64,000 nucleotides of DNA, from positions 21,018,001 through 21,082,000 of the forward strand of contig NC_135898.1 of assembly GCF_964194155.1 (NCBI RefSeq), given 5' to 3'. The notes under the pieces are model-generated. The model had not been told where the DNA came from. It saw only the letters and a program-made list of their open reading frames with translations, and searched no databases. The first letter of the stretch is position 1. Every line of letters begins with the position of its first letter. Shown in pieces: positions 25,071-37,529 of the stretch. The translations under genes and the position numbers were made by a program. The DNA is from Cetorhinus maximus. Its lineage: Eukaryota.

Positions 25071-27369
25071 TGACATCACTAGATATGAACAAAAAAAGGT
25101 GATGCACCCTCAGTGTTTTACCTGAACCTGACCATGGTCTATTTCGTATTCCCTAACTCCACTTCAGTGTCATTTCTCTCTACAGCTCCTCCATGAAGAG
25201 TGGTTGGATGTTTCGCTATCCTCATGACACACTATAATTGCTGTATATGGAGGCTTGAGATTAGTTATTTAACATTGACAGATGCTGCAATTACTTTTCC
25301 AAAGGTTTTTATCTCCCTATTTACAATGAAGAGAGTATATAAAGTGCACAGTGGTTAAAAATAGAATTTGTTGTTTGCAATAATGATCTTTTAAGGACAC
25401 ATGTTCCAGAACAACCAATGAGAACTGGCTGGGGGTGTTAAATGTGCAGCTGCTGACATTTGGGCCCCTTGTTAAGTGAAAGGGTTGTTTACTGGCCTGT
25501 TAATACTTGAAAACAAGTATCAAAAATTAGTCCCAGTGTAATTATTAAATACCGTGACATTAAGATAATCGGATACAGTGGTTGAATGTATTCCATCACT
25601 CTTCCTGTGAGTGGTTAACTCCTGTGGAACTGTTGGAGACGAAGAACAGAATCCTGTGGAATTCTCTACCCCATCCCTTAACAGTATTGAGCTGACTACA
25701 GTGCCCAGATATGTAAAGATGGTTCTGTATTTGCTTCTCTCCACGTGCCACTGTGACACACTCTCCCTCTCGCACAATGGTGTTCATTTTACTTTTCTGC
25801 TACATTCCCATTCCCAGACATGTAACAATTGCAGAAATCCCCATCACTCCATGTTTGCCTTCATTAATGCCTCAACAGGCTGACGTGTCTGAGAATCGAA
25901 ACTCGGACAGTAGCAAAGAGTATGACTTTAGTTATTTTAGGCCTGCTGCTGTGCACTGTGATAGATGACCTTTCTTCTTGCTTTTGTGCTCTTTGTGCAA
26001 TTTAATTTGGACAGAATGCATGTGAATTCTTGCCTGTCGTTCCTCTCTGAAGCTCACCCACCCTTCTGTGGCGTTGTGCACGTCTTTCCAACTGGGAATG
26101 GAAATCCCTGTGTGAGGAATTGTGGTTGTAATCTTACAACGCCAGCTTCCTGCAATGCCAGGGAGCATCCCCCCTACCACACAGGATACTCCCCATACCA
26201 ACCCCCACCCTCAATCTCTCAGCTTTGTGACATCATATTCTAGATGAGCACAGACGATGAAAAACTAGCTGAATCATAGAGCAACCAAAAGGAATCGGTG
26301 CCAGCTGCTGGTGGTATGTTCCAGACTAAGACGGAGAGCGTGACTGTGAATTGCAGGCGTTTTGTACTTGTAGCCCTCCACTGGCAGTAACTCTGAACAT
26401 ACTGTTTTGATGCTGTTGGTGAGGTAAATGATTTTGAAAAACATGCATTAGCTCCTGTGGCATGGCAAAAATTTACTTTTAATTTTTGTGCATTTGAGAC
26501 GCTGCGGAAAATAGTAGAGTCCCAAAACATCTCTCCCTCGTGACTATTGATGTATGTTTTGCTCATATTCCCTCATCTGATGAGCAGTGGCTTCTCGGCA
26601 GGTTGACAGCGCTCCGGGTAACTCGTGCATCAAATGTCCGGAGGAAGCTTCACGTGACTGAAACTATTGTTTGCTGAGAGTGTCCGAGCACCTCAGTTAA
26701 GGTCAACTATCCGAAAAGATTGAACGTTTTGGGGCTCTTTGGAAAAGAAGAGGCTGAGGGGTGATCTGATAGAGGTTTTTAAAGTTATAAAGGGGTTTTG
26801 ATAGAGTAGACGTCTATGTTTTTAGTCTCCTTGAAATAAAGGCCAAAAAAACACTTGCCTTCCTAATTGCTTGTTGTACCTGCATGCTAATTTTGTGTTG
26901 CTTGCACGAGTACACCCGAGTCTCTCTCAACATCAACACTGATGCCAAATAAAACTTGCCTGCTGTTCTAGCAATTCCATTGGATCTTTTACATCTATAT
27001 CTGGGAGTGCCAAATGCAGACTTTATTATTTACCTGGGAGATCAGTCTTGCATTCCTGGAGACTTCCAGACAACCTAGGAGGTTTGACAATCCTACTGTG
27101 CAGACCTCGGCTCAAGATAATAGAAGGGGAAGTTCTTTCTTGCACATATTTTGGGCCTAAGGGACAAAAACATTTGTAAGCGCTAAGCTAGGGCTACACT
27201 TCAGTTTTAGCTATGGGCCCAGCAGCACAGAATTAGGTACCCATTTAACTCTGAAAATCTTGCCACAGAAGCAATTATGTAGTCCTGGCTGTGACAAGCA
27301 TGCTAAAAGACTGCAGATCACACACTTGGAACATGGCACTTTGTAACAGCACTTGTGAATAAATCAGGC

Positions 27370-28310
27370 CTGGTAAATTACTAGAGTCTATAATTACAGA
27401 GAGAGTGACTGAACAGCTTGAAAACTTTAAGCTGATCAGAGAGAGCAAACATGTATTTGGAATGGAAAAAATGTCTGACGAACCTGGTTGAATTTTTTTG
27501 ACTGAAGTACTGGCAGGGGAATGTCTATGGATATTATTTATATGGATCTCCAGAGGGCATTCATTATAGTCCCTCAGGAGAGACTTTGCTAAAGTTGAAT
27601 CTCATGGGATTGAAGACAGAGTACTGAGTCGGTTTGAAAATTACCTGAGTGACAGGAGACAGAGAATAGGGATAATGGGTAGGTACTCTTAATTGGCAGG
27701 ATGTAACCAGTGGTGTCCCACAGGGAGCTGTGGCGGGGACTCAACTATTCATATTTATTGATGACTTAGATGATGGGATAGAAAGCTACATACCTAAATT
27801 TAGCAATCACACAAAGATAATGTGGCATTATAAACAGTGTAGGAAGGATATACTGGCTTTGGAGGGAGTTCAGTGTACATTTACCAGAACAATACCTCAA
27901 CTCCAAGGATTAAATCAGGAGGACAGTTGACACCAACAAGTATTTCATTCCCTGGAATATGGAAGGTTAATGTTTTCAAGATCTTAGGGGCTACAGAGGG
28001 TAAAAAAGGGAGAAACTATTTTTGCTGCTTGTGGAGTCTAGTCCTAGAGGACACAGTTTAAAAATTGGAGTGAGGCATTTCAGGAGTGAAAATAGAAAAC
28101 ACTTTTACTTAGTGTAGTTGTTTAGAATTCTTTTCTGCAAACAGCCATTGATACTTGGTCGATTGTCAATTTTACATCTGAGGTTGATGGATTTTTTTAA
28201 AATCCAAAGTTATTAAGGGATACGGGGCAAAGGTGGGTAACGGAGTTAGGTCACAGATCAGTCATGGTGTTGTTGAATGTCGGAAGAAGCTTGAGGAGCT
28301 CAATATTCCC
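27370..28310 (+). mobile_element. Degraded CR1 LINE
   Basis: SGVPQG..LFIFIDDLDDGIESYIPKF RT remnants. Confidence 0.8.
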
Positions 28311-28694
28311 ATGTGCTAGTCTATGAAATTGTTTTATTTGTCAAACACTTTTAAGGTCACATTAAATCACTGAATTGGTTCATGAGTTTTCTGAATTATC
28401 CTGAGGGCTAGAATTGGGTATCAGAATGGGGTACAATTGTTTGTAGCTTAGTATGATCTCAGTGACACACTGTCACCCTGTAGTGCCTGGCTCTATGGAA
28501 ACTGAAGTGTACCCAATGTAACAGTGCATGTGTGCCTTCCTCTGCACACCTTTCTCTGTTCTCCATCTACCCCTGCTTGGCTTCATCTCTTGTCCAGCTC
28601 CTCTGCACTTCTCCCGTCACTTGTTATACTCTGCTGCATTCTTCTTGATACAGCCACTTTGCTCCACTTTATTTAGCTGTTGTAATTCATCCCC

Positions 28695-28960
28695 TCCCTA
28701 TGAGGCTGTGGGTTTGGAAGGTGCTGTTGAAGGAGCCTTGATGAGTTGCTGAGTGCATCTTGGAGATGGTACACACTTACCGCTGTGCACTGGTGGTGGA
28801 GGGAGTGAATGTTTAATGTATTGGATGCGTTGCCCTGGATGGTGTCGAGCTTGTGTGTTTGAGCTGCAATCATCCAGGCAAGTGCAGAGCATTCTATCAC
28901 ACTCCTGACTTGTGCCTTGTAAGATGGTGGACAGGTTTTGGGGAGTCGGGATGAGTTGAG
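28695..28960 (-). mobile_element. Non-LTR LINE 3' fragment (clade uncertain); same family at ~49845-50535, 58505-58750, 61320-61762
   Basis: YKAQVRSV.E....W and ILGVTIDQKLNWTSHIN motifs recur across the copies. Confidence 0.7.
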
Positions 28961-29129
28961 AGGGGTGCTGTGCAAATTCCTCTTAATTAGACTTCTAGTT
29001 TTTTTTTCTTTCTGGCTTCCAACTCCACGTCTGCTTAAGAATCCCAGATCATTATTTCTCTCGGATTATTAGAGTCTGTGCTCTGAGGTACTCAGCCATT
29101 TGCCACTTTGTCCTCTTCACTGGTTTAAC

Positions 29130-29830
29130 ATAGACTGGTAAAATGGGCTGAAGTGTGAAGTGATTCACTTTGGCAGGAGGATGAAGAGAGGCAACGTTAA
29201 TTAAATGGTACAATTTAAAGAGGATTCAGGAAGAGAGAGACCCGGACATGGTTGTACACAATTGTTTGAAGATGGTCGTACAAGCTGAGAAGTTTGTTGA
29301 AAAAACATATAGGATCCTTGCCTTTATTATTAGAGGAATAGAGTACAAAAGCAAGAAAGTTATGTTAAACCTTTATAAAACATTGGTATGGCCTCAGCCT
29401 GAGTATTGTGTTCAGTTATGGGCACCACACTTTAGAAAGGTTGTAGAGGTAATTTATGAGAGGGATTAGGAACTTCAGTTATGGAAATAATAGAGAAGCA
29501 GTTAAAAGAAGATTTGATAGTGTTAAATGCTGTACAAACTGTTCCCAATGACAGAAGGATCAGTAACCAGAGGGGACAGATTTAAGGTGATTGGCCAAAG
29601 AACCTGAGGCAACTAAAGGAAAACCCTTTAATGCAGCAAGTTGAAATCTGAGATGCATTGCCTTAAAGGGCAGTAAGTTTCAAAAAGGAATTAGATAAGC
29701 ACCAGAAGAGAAAAAAAAAATTACAGGGTCACAAGGAAAGTGCATGGAAATGGGATAAATGGGTATCTGCAGGAAAATGTAGGCACAGACTCGAAGCGGT
29801 TGAGCTTCTTTTGTATGGATTTGTTGGCGT
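29130..29830 (+). mobile_element. CR1 LINE 3' fragment
   Basis: RGIEYKSKKVMLNLYKTLV.P..EYCVQLWAPH. Confidence 0.85.
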
Positions 29831-30384
29831 ACTTTTCTGATGCCTGTGGTGGGGGGAGGTTACAGCCAGCACATTGCTCCAAAGCATTCTCAGCGTTGCG
29901 AGTGCTTGCAAAGCTCTACCAGTTTTTCTGTTGTGAGCATGGACTTTTGCAATAGTCTGTCACCTTCCAGCACACTGTGGAGGTGACAAAATGCGGAGGT
30001 TGCAATGCCTTTACCTTCCTGGTATAGCTGATAACCATAGACTGGGGACTTTCTGCCACTGTCTATCTCAAACGAGGGCATTTTTATTCAGTGTGGCCCT
30101 GAAAAAAGCACCCAGACTCTCATCTGAGTTTCTCATCTGTGAAATGGGGTCATCTTAGACTTAAAAGGTAGCGTGTGTGTGTGTGTTTAATATGGAGAAA
30201 TACTATGCTGAAATGGGTTTAATTCACATCTATCCAATGTCTGCATTGTAATCTCTATTATATAAAATGAATACTTTTATCTCCTGCGTTAGTAGTGCAG
30301 CATCCCTGTCTTGTGGCTACACTTCCTGGACCAGTTCTTATTTGGTGCTTCTTGCTTTCTCTCATCTGCAGCAACTTGGAAGAA

Positions 30385-30483
30385 CTAAAAATCAACATCC
30401 CATCCGGACTCCTCATCGGGAGCTTCCTCCTCTGCATCCTCTGGGAAGGTGTCAAAATTGCTAGTATCCAGAGGTCCAGTCAC
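30385..30483 (-). CDS. PRKG1-like last exon ([11 protein letters not shown]...SGWDVDF*)
   Basis: AGC kinase C-terminal tail typical of PKG; 99 nt including TAG. Confidence 0.92.
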   Translation of the reverse strand: MTGPLDTSNFDTFPEDAEEEAPDEESGWDVDF

Positions 30484-30892
30484 CTGGAGTGGAGAAACAC
30501 AGTTTCTAACTTGCATTGAGTCAGTGCCTTTAACATGGTTAAAACAGTAAACAGCAGGAATGGAATCAAATGAAAACTGATGCACTCAGCCTCATTTCTC
30601 GGTCTACAGCTCAGGCCTTGGCTGGGGCACTGGAGGTAACTATTTTGATTCCCCTATGGTTCTAGTGCTGTTATCTGGGGAATCATGATTGAGGTGAGTA
30701 CAGTGTCAGTGGGTGTGGCAGTTGGAGCTCAGGTACAAGGTGCACCATGCAGACTGCGTGCATACACCTCCGCTCCGCTGGCAACCCTCCCACACCAACC
30801 TGGACAGGGCCTGTTGTGCTTGTACTGCAGGTACCACACAGTGACCACAGGAGAATCCATCCCCCCCCTCCCCCATCCCTCCCTATACTTAC

Positions 30893-30959
30893 ATTTGGAA
30901 CTATGGGTGGAGTAAGTGTTCCTTTTCTCAACCCTTCAAAGTTAAAGCCTTCAAACCAC
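30893..30959 (-). CDS. PRKG1-like exon ([22 protein letters not shown])
   Basis: 67 nt, AG/GT boundaries, PKG1 homology. Confidence 0.92.
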
Positions 30960-31680
30960 CTACAGAGAAAATACAAGTAACCTGCTCAGTGACTAAATCA
31001 ATAGGTAAGCAAACTCTGTTCCTGCATAGCATTTCTATTGATTTTCCTCCTCAATGGTCCCAAAGTACCTCTAGTCTGGAAAAACAATGTTCTAGCAGCA
31101 CACTCCTATGAGGGAGAAAGGAAGGACTCTGTACATAAAAGTCTCGTTGAAGGCCTTCCATTAACTACTGACTTGCTTACCAATTTTTGATTCCAATCCA
31201 TCCCTTTTTTTGGTGCTATTATGGTTACTTTCCTCTCATTCCTGAATACCTTGTAATCAGGAACATTAAGTTCCCAAACCTCCCCTTCTTTCAGCCAGGT
31301 AAGGTTGCTGTTATTGACACAATATGTGTCATCTCTCCAAACCCACCATCCGTTTCCCTGCACTTGATCCTTTCTGTTTATTATTTCATTGTGTTGCCTA
31401 CTGACAGTGCTACATCACCTTCCTGCAGGAACATTGGGTCTCAGCACTTGAGGGTGTAACCCAGGAAGCCTGCACTGGTTCTCCAGCCACATGTTCACTA
31501 CTGTTCCCATAATCACTAATACAATGCACTGGGAGTTTTCTAGAGATTACTAACCTTCTCCCTGGCTCCTTAACCTTTCATACTGCAATCAGTGAGCCAT
31601 GCATTCACACACTGGGTTCCAGCTCCCTCTTTTTCCAAGCAGCCCCACAGTTCCCATATAACTGTTTACACACCACTCAC

Positions 31681-31743
31681 TTGTGCTTCTGGATGTCCTT
31701 AACTCCATTTTTTTGGTTGCCCAGTCGCTCAGAAGGGTTGTCC
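31681..31743 (-). CDS. PRKG1-like exon ([21 protein letters not shown])
   Basis: 63 nt, AG/GT boundaries. Confidence 0.92.
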
Positions 31744-32819
31744 CTGTTAAGAGTGACCAAAATAGAACAATGACAGACCACACAGCACAGGATGGAAGAG
31801 CAGTACAAAGGGTTACTGTTACTACTGCAAGACCACAAACAGGCTCAGCAATTTGCAGCTTTGTTTAGCTCCACAGTGTCACTTTACTCATCAAAATAAT
31901 CTTGATTTGGTCAGTTCGGTGCAGCGTTGCTTTGTGTGTAGTGTGTGTCGTGCACAGAACCTTTACAAGAAATTCAGCTCTATTGTGAGCCAATTGATGA
32001 AGGAACATGAATTAATTAATTCACTATTATCCTCCTGATTTTAATAAAAGCAAAATACTGTGGCTGCTGGGAAAAACTCAGCAGGTCTGGCAGAATCTGT
32101 AGAGAGAGAAATAGGAGTTAACATTCATACCAGTATGACTCTTCTTTGGAACACCTTGTGTAACTGCATTGCATTGATACTGTCTGCTGAATCTTGGTAG
32201 TTTTTCTGGCAAAGTGCATGAAACCACCTTGGATTTAGGTTCCTCTGTGCTCTTTCAGTGCAACGTGAACACATTCACATCACGTCTTGTCTCAGTGGGT
32301 AGCGCACTCACATCTGAGTCAAAAGGTTGGCCCACTCCAGAGTCTGGAGCACAAAATCTAAGCTGAAACTCCTTCAGATGGACAAAAGATATCCAAACAA
32401 CACTATGTGATTAAGGGAAGGGGAATTCTCCCTCAACCAATATAACTTTTTCAAAAAAAACCAATCCGGTCATTATCTCAATCATTGTTTGTGTGTGCTT
32501 TCACGCCCATAACATCTAAAAACTCAACCAGAGGTTAAATTCCATACCGCATTAATAGCAGCGGAGTACGGGTGTCTGGTTCACTCATCTTTGAGGGCAT
32601 TTGGAGTCAATCACATGGGCTGGGTTTGAGTGGAACTCTCCTTTCATGAACATTAAGTTGAGTCTTCACAACAATCTAACAGCTATCATGGCTATTTCTC
32701 TGCCACAGCCCCAGAATTCATTTTCACAACTGGCCCTGGTTAGATTTGAACACGTCAGTGGTGTGTGGACAATTCTCTGCTCTCACCACACCGCCACTTG
32801 AGAGATAATCCCCACTCAC

Positions 32820-32942
32820 CTGCACAGCTTTTTGATGAGGGTGCCTGCGTTTTTGGTGATTTTCTTTGGGAACTCAATCATATCAATTCCTCTCAGGATT
32901 ATGTTGTACGTTTGCATAGGGTCAGAGCCAGAGAATGGAGGG
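32820..32942 (-). CDS. PRKG1-like exon ([41 protein letters not shown])
   Basis: 123 nt, AG/GT boundaries. Confidence 0.92.
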
Positions 32943-34091
32943 CTGTGGAGAAATGACAAAGAATAATCTGACATAGCCTTCCCTGGCTGCTCCACACTGT
33001 GTGTAAACCATCTCATCTGACTGAAGAACGAGCTTTACCAGGCTGGTGTCTTGCCTACAACAGACTCTACCTCTTCAGACTCATACAGGACACCCAGTCA
33101 CAGCAGGCAATAATTCCATTTGAAAAGGAGAACTTTGCAGGGCTCTGGGGAAACAGCAAGGGAGTTGGTCTCCTTGTGTGCTGGATCTGATTATAGCCTG
33201 GGTGAAAAGCCAATTGCAATACCCACGAGTAGGGCTGATCTGTCCCAGGCTGGGAGTAGTGTGAGACAAAGGTGATTTGGTATCCCTTGATGATCTAGTG
33301 GGTCACTGAACTGGGGATTCCTACAGAAACAAACACGTGGTATGGCATAGGGTCAAACTCAGCTCTAATGCTCTTTGAGGCTCCGTGGTCTCCAGCAGCG
33401 TTTTGTCACCGTAAGGAGAGCTGGGGAGAAGAACTTTGAAAAGAATATGGTGCCAAATTCATAAAAATAAGCAACAAATAGAAAGCATCCCCAGCCTCTC
33501 TCTAAATACTGCCTGTCTCCCCACTTTCCAAGCTAAGCACAAAGCAGCAAGTGTTTGGCAATGGTGTCCCATCATGTGGGAGACACCCCATACTGATGAT
33601 TAACACAGTCCAAGCACACAGCACCAACAAACGCTTTTCTCTTCAGTTGAGACAGTCACCTTGTGGCAACGGCAATGCCGCACGTGGAACTGGTCGCACA
33701 GACCTGGACTAAAACAGAAGGTTCAATAACCAGATTTGCACTGATCTCAGCTTAGAAAGTCTCGAGTGCCCCAGGATTAGACATACGAAAAATTAGCCAG
33801 AGATTCTACTCTTGATCACTAGCCAATAACTCCTCTTCCTCCTACAAGTTCCCTTGTGTGGACCTTAAATGAAGACCGGATCAGGCTCAGAGCCCTCCTG
33901 GTCGAATTGCCGCCTAATAGGCATTGGCTAGGGCCACAAAGTGACGCTGGGTGAGAAGACACTGTCTCATCCCAGGTCAGTAGGGGAGGGGAAGTATGGC
34001 AGAGATAGAGAATAGTCACACCCATGGTCATGGCTGGGTAAGAGCGCTGTTGTTCAAACTGAATTTTAAAAAGCTTCCCCACAGCTGCTTA

Positions 34092-34256
<165 letters not shown>

Positions 34257-34544
34257 CTAAATTGTGCCAACGACATCCATTAACCCCTGGGTACCATCTG
34301 TGCCGTACTGCACTGCACAAACCATCCTGCCCATTTTAACCCAAAGCATTTTGGACACTCATCACCTGACACAGAAGACAGTGTGCACCTGTGTGTGTGT
34401 TTCGCGCATATGCATATATATGTGTAGGCACATGTGCATTCAAGATTGTGTCTTACTTGACGGCAGTCTGACAGATGATTGTAACACAGCGAGTTCCCAG
34501 TCTCTTAAATTGGCTGTCCTAGGATGGTGCACCCTCTCCCTCTG

Positions 34545-34797
34545 AAATCAAAACAGATAATGCTGGAAATACTCAGCAGGTCTGGCAGCAACTGCAGAGA
34601 GAGAAACCGAGTTAATGTTTCAGTCTGTGACCTTTCATCAGAACGGGGAAATATTGGAGATGTGATGGTTTTACAGAAGTACAGAGCCAGCAAAAGAGGG
34701 TGGGTGGAATGAACAAATAGGGAAGGCCTGAGATGGGGTGGAAGACAGAAGAGCTTAAATGAGGAAAATGTTGATGGTCTAAGGCACAAGGAACAAA
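34545..34797 (-). mobile_element. Older Penelope pLTR fragment with canonical-core hammerhead
   Basis: Minus strand reads GTT-CTGATGA-AAGGTC-ACA-GACT-GAAAC-ATT-AAC (core at 34635-34641). Confidence 0.7.
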
Positions 34798-37329
34798 ACA
34801 AAAACAAAATTACGAGGAAAAACTCAGCAGGTCTGGCAGCATCGGCAGAGAAGAAAAGAGTTGACGTTTTGAGTCCTCACGACCCTTCAACAGAACTGAG
34901 TATAGTTAGGAGAGGGGTGAAATATAAATTGGTTTAAGGTGGGGGGAGAGAAGTTGAGGAGGGGGGGAGGGTGACTGTAGGGACAAGCAAACAGTGATAG
35001 GAGCAGATAATCAAAAGATGTCACAGACAAAAGGATCAAAGAGGTGTTGAAGGTGGTGATATTATCTAAGAAAATGTGCTAATTAAGAATGGATGGCAGG
35101 ACACTCAAGGTACAGCTCTAGTTGGGGTGGGGTGGAAAGACTGACAAGGTATTAGTTGTAGATTTAAAAATAATGGAAATAGGTGGGAAAAGAAAAATCT
35201 ATATAAATTATTGAAAAAAACAAAAGGGAGGGGGAAGAAACGGGGTGGGGATGGGGGGAGGGAGTTTAAGATCTAAAGTTGTTGAATTCAATATTCAGCC
35301 CGGAAGACTGTAAAGTGCCTAGTCGGAAGATGAGGTGCTGTTCCTCCAGTTTGCGTTGGGCTTCACTGGAACAATGCAGCAAGCCAAGGACAGACATGTG
35401 GGCAAGAGAGCAGGGTGGAGTGTTAAAATGGCAAGCGACAGGGAGGTTTGGGTCTTTCTTGCGGACAGACCGCAGGTGTTCTGCAAAGCGGTCGTCCAGT
35501 TTGCGTTTGGTCTCTCCAATGTAGAGGAGACCACATTGGGAGCAACGAATGCAGTAAACTAAGTTAGGGGAAATGCAAGTGAAATGCTGCTTCACTTGAA
35601 AGGAGTGTTTGGGCCCTTTGACGGTGAGGAGAGAGGAAGTGAAGGAGCAGGTGTTGCATCTTCTGCGTGGGCATGGGGAGGTGCCATAGGTGGGGGTTGA
35701 GGAGTAGGGGGTGATGGAGGAGTGGACCAGGGTGTCCCGGAGGGAACGATCCCTACGGAATGCCACCAGGGGGGGTGAAGGGAAGATGTATTTGGTGGTG
35801 GCATCATGCTGGAGTTGGCGGAAATGGCGGAGGATGATCCTTTGAATGCGGAGGCTGGTGGGGTGATAAGTGAGGACAAGGGGGACCCTATCATGTTTCT
35901 GGGAGGGAGGAGAAGGCGTGAGGGCGGATGCGCGGGAGATGGGCCGGACACGGTTGAGGGCCCTGTCAACGACCGTGGGTGGAAAACCTCAGTTAAGGAA
36001 GAAGGAGGACATGTCAGAGGAACTGTTTTTGAAGGTAGCGTCATCAGAACAGATGCGACGGAGGCGAAGGAACTGAGAGAATGGGATGGAGTCCTTACAG
36101 GAAGCTGTAGTCGAGGTAACTGTGGGAGTCGGTAGGCTTGTAATGGATTTTGGTGGACAGTCTATCATCAGAAATTGAGACAGAGAGGTCAAGGAAGGGA
36201 AGGGAAGTGTCAGAGATGGACCATGTGAAAATGATGGAGGGGTGGAGATTGGAAGCAAAATTAATAAATTTCTCCAGGTCCAGACGAGAACATAAAGCTG
36301 CACCGAAGTAATCATCGATGTACCGGAGAAAGAGTTGTGGGAGGGGGCCGGAGTAGGACTGGAACAAGGAATGTTCCACATACCCCATAAAGAGACAGGC
36401 ATAGCTGGGGCCCATGCGGGTACCCATAGCCACACCTTTTATTTGGAGGAAGTGAGAGGAGTTAAAGGAGAAATTGTTCAGTGTGAGAACAAGTTCAGCC
36501 AGACGGAGGAGAGTAGTGGTGGATGGGGATTGTTCGGGCCTCTGTTTAAGGAAGAAGCTAAGGGCCCTCAGACCATCCTGGTGGGGAATGGAGGTGTAGA
36601 GGGTTTGGACGTCCATGGTGAAGAGGAAGCGGTTGGGGCCAGGGAACTGGAAATTGTTGATGTGACGTAAGGTGTCAGAGGAATCACGGATGTAGGTGGG
36701 AAGGGACTGGACAAGGGGAGAGAGAAGGGAGTCAAGATAACGAGAAATGAGTTCCGTGGGGCCAGGAACAGGCTGACACGATCGGTCTGCCGGGACAGTT
36801 CTGTTTGTGGATTTTGGATTTTAGAAGCGGGCTGTCCGAGGTTGGGCGACTATCAGGTTGGAAGCTGTGGGAGGAAGATCTCCAGAGGAGATGAGGTCAG
36901 TGACAGCCTCATCTTCCGACTAGGCACTTTACAGCCTTCCGGGCTGAATATTGAATGCAACAACTTTAGATCTTAAACTCCCTCCCCCCATCCCCACCCC
37001 GTTTCTTCCCCCCGCCTTTTGTTTTTTTCAATAATTTATATAGATTTTTCTTTTCCCACCTATTTCCATTATTTTTAAATCTACAACTAATACCTTGTCA
37101 GTCTTTCCACCCCACCCCCACTAGAGCTGTACCTTGAGTGTCCTGCCATCCATTCTTAATTAGCACATTTTCTTAGATAATATCACCACCTTCAACACCT
37201 CTTTGATCCTTTTGTCTGTGACATCTTTTGATTGTTCTGTTGAAGGGTCGTGAGGACTCGAAACCTCGACTCTTTTCTTCTCCGCCGATGCTACCAGACC
37301 TGCTGAGTTTTTCCAGGTAATTCTGTTTT
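34798..37329 (-). mobile_element. Penelope-like retroelement, 5'-truncated, with RT + GIY-YIG endonuclease and an inverted pLTR copy
   Basis: RT motifs DVQTLYTSIP, GVAMGTRMGP, RYIDD; GIY-YIG NLVYCIRC..CGLLYIGET; frameshift near 36100 and stop at 35989; 36907-37329 is the reverse complement of ~35335-34810. Confidence 0.92.
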
Positions 37330-37529
37330 NNNNNNNNNNNNNNNNNNNNNNNNNNNNNNNNNNNNNNNNNNNNNNNNNNNNNNNNNNNNNNNNNNNNNNN
37401 NNNNNNNNNNNNNNNNNNNNNNNNNNNNNNNNNNNNNNNNNNNNNNNNNNNNNNNNNNNNNNNNNNNNNNNNNNNNNNNNNNNNNNNNNNNNNNNNNNNN
37501 NNNNNNNNNNNNNNNNNNNNNNNNNNNNN
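37330..37529. other. Assembly gap (200 N)
   Basis: Run of N. Confidence 1.

Noticed and set aside
26578-26665. CTGATGAG...GAAAC as a possible hammerhead
   Set aside because: Stem II does not close properly before GAAA and there is no convincing stem I or III.
23000-30300. A DKK-family gene expected from synteny between VDAC3 and PRKG
   Set aside because: No Cys-rich Dickkopf exon was recognised. The short ORFs at 25500-26600 look like UTR or intergenic sequence.
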